5,572 nucleotides of DNA from Promethearchaeia archaeon (GTDB lineage Archaea; Asgardarchaeota; Lokiarchaeia; Sigyniarchaeales; SOKP01), in assembly GCA_046497275.1 (NCBI GenBank), contig JAWOFX010000157.1:1-5572 (forward strand), given 5' to 3'. The notes beneath the pieces are model-generated. The model saw only the letters and a list, made by a program, of their open reading frames with translations. It searched no databases and had not been told where the DNA came from. The translations under genes and the position numbers were made by a program. This document shows, in pieces, positions 1 to 5,111 of the stretch. How positions within the stretch are numbered: position 1 is the stretch's first letter; each line of letters starts with the position of its first letter.

Positions 1-76
1 TATCAGTTGATGGCGTTTCATTACATCGCTCCAGAGGGCGGTGACAGAAACACGAGGCGCTTTTCTTATCGAACAT

Positions 77-730
77 ATGAAATCAATAACTGTAAAAAAC
101 ATTTCTAAATCATTTCAAAATCGAACGTTATTTGCTGCGGTCTCTTTCACTGTGCAGAAAGGCGATCGCGTCGCCATTACTGGTCAGAACGGAGCAGGGA
201 AAAGCACTTTGCTGAAAATCATTGCGGGAATAGAGAGGTGTGATGAGGGAACACTGATCAAGGAAAAGGTTACCTGTCGCTATATACCGCAAGAGTTTTC
301 CGGTAATACAAGCGTATCAATAGTAGAATACCTCGATGAAATGCATGCCACCGCTCGGGTGTTCGATATTCTTTTTCGGTTCGCCGCTATTACTGAAGCG
401 CATATAGAAAATGGATACGTGCATGAGCTTTCGGAAGGACAGAAGAGAATACTCGAAATCGCTGCGGTACTCTCGCATGCACCTATGTTTGTCTGTATCG
501 ATGAACCGGAAAACCACCTCGATATTACAGCCAGATCAGTCTTGACCGACTTGCTTCAAGAGTATTGGGGCGCAGTGTTGTTCGTCTCCCATGATCGCTC
601 GCTCGTGAACCAGCTCTCCAATAAAATTGTGTCGATACAAAATGAACAAGCCGTGCTGGTGACAGGAAAAACGTACGAAGAATTTGTCGCTGCCGAACAA
701 CAAAAGCGCATCAGTGCTACAGCGAGCTGG
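77..730 (+). pseudogene. N-terminal fragment of an ABC-F family ATPase (first NBD and start of the inter-domain linker; second NBD absent)
   Basis: Walker A GQNGAGKST (182-208), Q-loop YIPQE, signature variant LSEGQK, Walker B/D-loop CIDEPENHLD (ABC-F consensus DEPTNHLD), H-loop VSHDR, then the ABC-F-type linker start GKTYEEFVAAEQQKR. About 46% GC and rich in CpG and C/G-ending codons, unlike the rest of the window. Confidence 0.85.
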
Positions 731-1039
731 ACAATAAATATCTCTGTTATAATGTTCTGCGTGATTAATTTTATCTTGTCTATTCGAGCAATAACACGCT
801 GCTCAATTCTTATTAGTGGGAAACCTCAAAATTATAAGGTTGGAAAAATGGATGGGCTCACTGCTGCGAAAAATGCATTTATCTCTGGAAAAAACCATTG
901 GATGTATGGAATTAGAGGACTATTTTTCCTCACTGCGTCTTTGATATGGTTTCTTAATGCAATTATCTTCATGATCCTTACTGCTTTAATTTCTGTATAT
1001 CTAATCACGTTTCGGGATATTAAAAGAATAAAAGAATAA
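77..1039 (+). CDS. Chimeric ORF: ABC-F ATPase NBD1 (77-730) fused in frame to the C-terminal half of a DUF599-like membrane protein (731-1039). ATG77 is preferred over GTG41 as the start.
   Basis: The frame is open from 41 to 1039. ABC-like sequence starts at M13 (MKSITVKNISKSF). Protein character and base composition both change abruptly at about 730. The confidence refers to the open frame and its two-part nature, not to its being a real gene. Confidence 0.6.
   Translation: MKSITVKNISKSFQNRTLFAAVSFTVQKGDRVAITGQNGAGKSTLLKIIAGIERCDEGTLIKEKVTCRYIPQEFSGNTSVSIVEYLDEMHATARVFDILFRFAAITEAHIENGYVHELSEGQKRILEIAAVLSHAPMFVCIDEPENHLDITARSVLTDLLQEYWGAVLFVSHDRSLVNQLSNKIVSIQNEQAVLVTGKTYEEFVAAEQQKRISATASWTINISVIMFCVINFILSIRAITRCSILISGKPQNYKVGKMDGLTAAKNAFISGKNHWMYGIRGLFFLTASLIWFLNAIIFMILTALISVYLITFRDIKRIKE
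731..1039 (+). pseudogene. C-terminal half of a DUF599-like integral membrane protein (5' part missing)
   Basis: Two hydrophobic stretches (INISVIMFCVINFILSIR and GLFFLTASLIWFLNAIIFMILTALISVYLI) and the pattern FxxSIR...SILI...GIRGLFF...LIW...F...T...YL..RD, which I recognise as similar to the DUF599 C-terminal consensus (SIRxxNHxxxLI...GLRAFYFxxPLLLW...LYxxD). About 32% GC, matching the downstream archaeal DNA. The family is assigned from memory, not from an HMM search. Confidence 0.65.
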
Positions 1040-1128
1040 ACTAATGTCCATTTCTCTTATTTCAATTCTTTTATAAATACATCATTAGACCAAAAAAGAC
1101 TACCTTTGAATTATAGGTACAAGAAGAA

Positions 1129-1141
1129 TAACTTTTAGTTT
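1129..1141. promoter_or_regulatory. Candidate secondary Phr/HSR1-type operator (TAAC-TTTTA-GTTT)
   Basis: AAC-N5-GTT core upstream of the TATA-like box. Weaker than the site at 1177-1197. Confidence 0.3.
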
Positions 1142-1154
1142 TGAAAATGGTTAG

Positions 1155-1162
1155 TTTTAAAT
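1155..1162 (+). promoter_or_regulatory. Candidate archaeal TATA box (TTTTAAAT) for hsp20
   Basis: Fits TTTAWA and would place the TSS near 1185, inside the palindrome and about 25 nt before the start codon. The region is about 78% AT, so chance matches are common. Confidence 0.4.
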
Positions 1163-1176
1163 TTGTAAAATTATTT

Positions 1177-1197
1177 ATGTAAACTAAAGGTTGACAT
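1177..1197. promoter_or_regulatory. Candidate heat-shock repressor operator: inverted repeat ATGTAAAC-N5-GTTGACAT
   Basis: 7 of 8 arm positions pair across a 5-bp spacer. The core AAC-N5-GTT matches the Archaeoglobus HSR1 site CTAAC-N5-GTTAG. It lies 12 bp upstream of the hsp20 start and over the predicted TSS, and a Phr/HSR1-like regulator is encoded in the same cluster. Confidence 0.6.
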
Positions 1198-1209
1198 TAA
1201 ACAAAAAAG

Positions 1210-1881
1210 GTGTTTATTTTGTTCGACGATGATAAAGATGATTATAATAATTTTATCGAGAGACTTAAAAAGTATTTAAATGTAGATTCAGATATATTTG
1301 ATGCTGAGTTCTATATTTTTCCAAGTAGTGAATTAGGTGAGAAATTTGGCTTAAATCCAAATGATGAGGGATTTAAAATATCTTATCATTATGAGAAAGG
1401 AATGGATAAACCAGATGTGAAAATTCATGGAAATGTTGATGAAGATAAAGTAAAAGATTATATTAAAAAAATGAATCATTTACAGAATAATCCTAAATTC
1501 AGAGAGTACATAAAAAAAGCGAATGCTCGAAAGATGCAGAATAAAATGAATTCTAAGAAAGCTTTTGATGCAGAAGATTTATCATTACAATCTCCTGAAC
1601 ATTCTTCTCAAGAAGAAAACGATGGAATAAAAGTAGAAGAACCTTTCGCGGAGATTAATGATTGTGTTGATGAATTTGAGCTAATATTAGAAGTACCAGG
1701 AATTAGGGAAAATGATATTTTCATTAGTTTAAACGATGATAAAAAGATATTAACCTTTAGTGCGGAAAATGATAAAAAAAGATACCATAAAAGAATTCAA
1801 TTACCATGCAAAGCGTCAATATTAAATGATACATTAATCATCTCAAATGGTATTCTTACATTTAAATGCCGCAAGAAATAA
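1210..1881 (+). CDS. hsp20: Archaeal small heat shock protein (Hsp20/alpha-crystallin domain) with a long N-terminal region. The start is GTG1210 or TTG1219.
   Basis: C-terminal alpha-crystallin domain EEPFAEI..ELILEVPGIRENDIFI..LTFSAEN..KRYHKRIQLP..NGILTFKCRKK (about 1633-1878). The N-terminal GFKISY..KPDVKIHGNV (1369-1437) resembles the archaeal Hsp20 motif GFSITIGPDGKPxIxEFGNV. AGGTG at 1208-1212 could be a Shine-Dalgarno for TTG1219. Confidence 0.85.
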   Translation: MFILFDDDKDDYNNFIERLKKYLNVDSDIFDAEFYIFPSSELGEKFGLNPNDEGFKISYHYEKGMDKPDVKIHGNVDEDKVKDYIKKMNHLQNNPKFREYIKKANARKMQNKMNSKKAFDAEDLSLQSPEHSSQEENDGIKVEEPFAEINDCVDEFELILEVPGIRENDIFISLNDDKKILTFSAENDKKRYHKRIQLPCKASILNDTLIISNGILTFKCRKK

Positions 1882-1901
1882 ATTCATATTTTTATTTAGA
1901 T

Positions 1902-1909
1902 TTTATAAA
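1902..1909 (+). promoter_or_regulatory. Possible TATA box (TTTATAAA) for an internal cdc48 promoter
   Basis: Good TATA match about 50 nt upstream of the cdc48 ATG, but the intergenic DNA is very AT-rich. Confidence 0.25.
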
Positions 1910-1940
1910 TTTTAATGATTATAATATAGTAAAAAAAGAA

Positions 1941-1947
1941 AGAGGAA
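1941..1947 (+). promoter_or_regulatory. Shine-Dalgarno-like AGAGGAA before cdc48
   Basis: Lies 10 nt before ATG1958. The identical heptamer precedes the next gene (4218-4224). Confidence 0.45.
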
Positions 1948-1957
1948 TGAAACCAAT

Positions 1958-4183
1958 ATGTCAGAAATGTCCGAGGCTGGTGGCAGAGAGGGACGAAAAG
2001 TTAGAGTGAAAGATGCATTTAAGCAAGATGCGGGTAGAGGTATTGTTCGAGTGGATCCAGAGTTAGTAAATTTACAAGGATGGAAAACTGGAGATGTAAT
2101 CGCAATAAGTCATCCAAAAACGATTGAAAAAACTGCTGCTCTATTATATCCGGGAAGATCCGAAGATAAAGGAACGAATGTGATCCGTATGGATGCTTCT
2201 TTACGACGAAATCTTGGTGCTTCCATCGATGATATAGTGTTAATCCGAAAAGTTGATGCTGCTCTGGCCGATAAGGTCACATTCGCTGGACTAGAAGAGG
2301 CAGTGATTTTACGAAACTCTCAACAATTAGCCAGCAAATTAGAAAATCGGATAATCACAAAAAATGATATTCTTAGCTTTTATGCGTATGGGAGAAGAGT
2401 CGATCTTATAGTAGTCAATTTTTCTCCTAAAGCTCCAGCCGTGAGAATACATTTAGACACTCAAATAATATTGAGCGAGAAGTCACATAAAGAACTCGTG
2501 CAACTCGAAAAGTCTCGAGTTACCTATGAAGATATTGGAGGATTAGAAGAAGAAATCCAAAAAATAAGGGAAATGATAGAATTACCTATACGTCATCCAG
2601 AATTATTTAAAAGAATTGGAATCGATCCTCCTAAGGGAGTATTATTACATGGACCTCCAGGCACAGGAAAAACTTTGTTAGCTAGAGCGGTTGCATATGA
2701 AACTGATGCAAATTTTACCACGATTAGTGGTCCAGAAATAATGAGTAAATTTTATGGTCAAAGTGAAGAGAATTTACGTAAAATATTCGATGAAGCGAAG
2801 GAAAGTTCTCCCGCAATTATATTTATTGATGAATTAGACTCAATTGCTCCTAAAAGAGCAGAAGTAACGGGGGAAGTTGAGAGAAGAGTTGTTGCTCAAT
2901 TGCTATCCCTAATGGATGGATTAGAAGGGAGAGGAGAAGTTATTGTAATTGGCGCAACAAATCGCGTGAATGATATTGATACTGCTCTAAGAAGACCAGG
3001 TAGATTTGACAGAGAAATTGAAATAGGTGTTCCAGACACAAATGGAAGACATGAAATTCTTATGATACATACTCGCGGAATGCCACTTAATAATGATGTT
3101 GAGTTAAGATACGTTGCTGAAAGGACTCACGGATTTGTTGGAGCAGATATTGAAGCATTGGCAAAAGAAGCAGCAATGTTAGCCATCCGGGAGATATTAC
3201 CAAATCTTGATTTAGAAAAAGAAATCCCCGCAGAAGTTTTAACAGATATAAAAATTAGTAATAGGAATTTTCAGGATGCGCTGACTAGTATAGAACCTTC
3301 AGCTTTACGTGAAGTTCTTATAACCAGACCTAAAGAAACATGGGGAGATATTGGTGGTTTGGAGGATGCCATCTATCAGTTAAAAGAAGTTGTAGAATGG
3401 CCATTAAAATATCCGGAATTATATGCTCATTTGAAATCAAAACCCCCTAGCGGAATCCTATTACATGGTCCTCCCGGTTCAGGAAAAACATTAATAGCAA
3501 AAGCTTTAGCACATGAAAGCGAAGTCAATTTCATATCTGTAAAAGGTCCTGAATTCTTATCTAAATGGGTTGGAGAAAGCGAAAAAACAGTGAGAGAAAC
3601 CTTTAGAAAGGCAAGATCAGCAGCACCATGTATAATCTTCTTCGATGAAATCGATGCAATCGCAGGATTAAGAGGGAGAAGTGCAGGAAATACGGTTACA
3701 GAACAAGTTGTTTCGCAACTATTGACTGAAATGGATGGATTGGAAGGATTAGAAGAAGTGATTCTTTTAGCAGCAACAAATCGTCCAGATATGTTAGATC
3801 CCGCCTTATTAAGAGCAGGAAGATTTGGTAAACACATTGAGATACCAATGCCAGATGAGGAAGCACGTAAAGAAATCTTTAAAATACACTTAGATGATAA
3901 GCCAATAGCATCAGATGTATCTATAACAGATCTCGCAAAAAGAATGGAAGGATATACTGGTGCAGATATAGCAGCCGTCTGTGAAGAAGCAACATTACTT
4001 ACAATAAGAAAAGCAATATCAGATAGTTCAATTGATACCAAAGATAAAGAATCAGTGAAGAAAGTAAAAATTGATCATAGAGCTTTTGATGAAGCATTAG
4101 TCAAGGTTCTGAAAAGTGCAGATATGGCTCAGCAATCACATAAAAGATTATCTAAAGAACCATCAGAGGAGTTATATCGATAA
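1958..4183 (+). CDS. cdc48: CDC48/VCP/VAT family type II AAA+ ATPase (archaeal), 741 aa, with C-terminal HbYX motif
   Basis: N-domain ([25 protein letters not shown]). D1: VTYEDIGGL, Walker A GPPGTGKT, pore loop SKFYG, Walker [19 protein letters not shown]2: [35 protein letters not shown]. The protein ends in L-Y-R-stop. Confidence 0.98.
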   Translation: MSEMSEAGGREGRKVRVKDAFKQDAGRGIVRVDPELVNLQGWKTGDVIAISHPKTIEKTAALLYPGRSEDKGTNVIRMDASLRRNLGASIDDIVLIRKVDAALADKVTFAGLEEAVILRNSQQLASKLENRIITKNDILSFYAYGRRVDLIVVNFSPKAPAVRIHLDTQIILSEKSHKELVQLEKSRVTYEDIGGLEEEIQKIREMIELPIRHPELFKRIGIDPPKGVLLHGPPGTGKTLLARAVAYETDANFTTISGPEIMSKFYGQSEENLRKIFDEAKESSPAIIFIDELDSIAPKRAEVTGEVERRVVAQLLSLMDGLEGRGEVIVIGATNRVNDIDTALRRPGRFDREIEIGVPDTNGRHEILMIHTRGMPLNNDVELRYVAERTHGFVGADIEALAKEAAMLAIREILPNLDLEKEIPAEVLTDIKISNRNFQDALTSIEPSALREVLITRPKETWGDIGGLEDAIYQLKEVVEWPLKYPELYAHLKSKPPSGILLHGPPGSGKTLIAKALAHESEVNFISVKGPEFLSKWVGESEKTVRETFRKARSAAPCIIFFDEIDAIAGLRGRSAGNTVTEQVVSQLLTEMDGLEGLEEVILLAATNRPDMLDPALLRAGRFGKHIEIPMPDEEARKEIFKIHLDDKPIASDVSITDLAKRMEGYTGADIAAVCEEATLLTIRKAISDSSIDTKDKESVKKVKIDHRAFDEALVKVLKSADMAQQSHKRLSKEPSEELYR

Positions 4184-4217
4184 AATTATTTGAATTATTT
4201 ATTAATTAATTAAAATT

Positions 4218-4224
4218 AGAGGAA
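4218..4224 (+). promoter_or_regulatory. Shine-Dalgarno-like AGAGGAA before the regulator gene
   Basis: Lies 7 nt before ATG4232 in a 48-bp intergenic gap. Confidence 0.5.
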
Positions 4225-4231
4225 ATATTTA

Positions 4232-5017
4232 ATGACAATAGAAAAATCACAAACAGGATTGGAAATAGGATTAGATGAATTATTAGAGATACTTGGTAAT
4301 CCAACTCGAAGAGTAATTTTAGCTAAACTGTCTAAAATTCCCCATTCGACTTCAGAATTGCATAAAGCTTTAGGAATAAGTCGGCAAGCTGTTCATAGTC
4401 AATTAAAAATTTTAGAGGATTACAATTTAATTGAAAAAATTGAACCTGATAAGACACGTGGGAGTAAATATAGAATTAAAAGTAATCTCTCAGTCACTAT
4501 CGATATTTCTCCAGATTATTATAATATAAAATATAATATGACTGAAATAGGGGAAGATTCAGAATCCATTTTATTAAAAGACACAAAGGATTCTAATATG
4601 TACGAAAATCTTAAAAATTCAATTGAAAAAATTAAATTTTTAGGAGAAAAAATAAGAAATATTGAAGAAGAACTTTCTGAACTTGAAAAAGAACGAAGAG
4701 AATTATTACAAAAGAAAGAATGTTTTATTATTGAATTAAAAGACCTTATGGAAAAACAGTTTAGAGATAAATTAAGAAAAGAGAAATCTCTATTGGATAA
4801 TCTTGAGATGGAAATATTTTATACATTATTTTTTAATACGGGAAAATTTCAGAGAAAAATAAATATTGACAATCTTTTAGACGAATTATATTTCACTGAT
4901 ATCGATAGTATTTCTCGAGCAAGTCATAGAACCTCAATCGAACATTTATTAAAAGATCTCTCTAAATTTATGGATATATTTCGAAAAGTTGAGGATGATT
5001 GGTTTCTGGATATATAA
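4232..5017 (+). CDS. ArsR-type winged-helix transcriptional regulator, Phr/HSR1-like archaeal heat-shock regulator, with coiled coil
   Basis: The N-terminal LLEILGNPTRRVILAKLSKIP..SELHKALGISRQAVHSQLKILEDYNLIE..RG..KYRIKSNLSVTIDISP closely parallels Pyrococcus Phr as I recall it ([59 protein letters not shown]). A heptad coiled coil follows (IEKIKFLGEKIRNIEEELSELEKERRELL). It is adjacent to cdc48 and hsp20. Confidence 0.85.
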   Translation: MTIEKSQTGLEIGLDELLEILGNPTRRVILAKLSKIPHSTSELHKALGISRQAVHSQLKILEDYNLIEKIEPDKTRGSKYRIKSNLSVTIDISPDYYNIKYNMTEIGEDSESILLKDTKDSNMYENLKNSIEKIKFLGEKIRNIEEELSELEKERRELLQKKECFIIELKDLMEKQFRDKLRKEKSLLDNLEMEIFYTLFFNTGKFQRKINIDNLLDELYFTDIDSISRASHRTSIEHLLKDLSKFMDIFRKVEDDWFLDI

Positions 5018-5048
5018 AATGCTTTAATTATCTGATATCGTTATAAAA

Positions 5049-5068
5049 TTTTTTTTAACTTTCTTGTT
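5049..5068 (+). terminator. Possible archaeal oligo-T terminator after the regulator gene
   Basis: T8 run (5049-5056) followed by TTTCTTGTT, about 30 nt after the stop codon. Confidence 0.35.
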
Positions 5069-5102
5069 TGTCTAATTTTAAATTAAAAATTAAACTTACT
5101 TA

Positions 5103-5108
5103 GGGGGA
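5103..5108 (+). promoter_or_regulatory. Purine-rich Shine-Dalgarno-like GGGGGA before the last ORF
   Basis: Lies directly upstream of ATG5112 (3-nt gap) in otherwise AT-rich DNA. Confidence 0.35.
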
Positions 5109-5111
5109 ATA

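Noticed and set aside
41-76. GTG41 start and 12-aa N-terminal extension
   Set aside because: ABC-like sequence begins at ATG77. The extension looks like leader sequence that happens to be in frame.
61-120. Local AT-rich dip (about 20% GC) inside the GC-richer segment
   Set aside because: It coincides with the translation initiation region and first codons, which are commonly AT-rich. It is not a second junction.
317-517. 66-aa minus-strand ORF
   Set aside because: It is an antisense shadow inside the well-supported ABC-F domain and has no recognisable motif.
41-1039. ORF1 as a genuine ABC half-transporter (NBD plus transmembrane domain)
   Set aside because: The NBD has ABC-F (soluble, ribosome-associated) motifs, the hydrophobic part resembles DUF599 rather than an ABC TMD, and a GC step coincides with the domain boundary.
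1222-1245. DDDKDDY at the Hsp20 N-terminus resembles a FLAG or enterokinase tag
   Set aside because: It is not DYKDDDDK, the codons are native AT-rich ones, and there is no vector context. It is an ordinary acidic N-terminus.
3427-4041. 204-aa minus-strand ORF
   Set aside because: It lies fully antisense to the conserved CDC48 D2 domain and has the Ser/Ile-rich composition typical of a shadow frame.
4184-4217. AATTATTT direct repeat and TTAATTAATTAA palindrome between cdc48 and the regulator
   Set aside because: This stretch is almost purely A/T, where such patterns are expected by chance, and it has no AAC-N5-GTT core.
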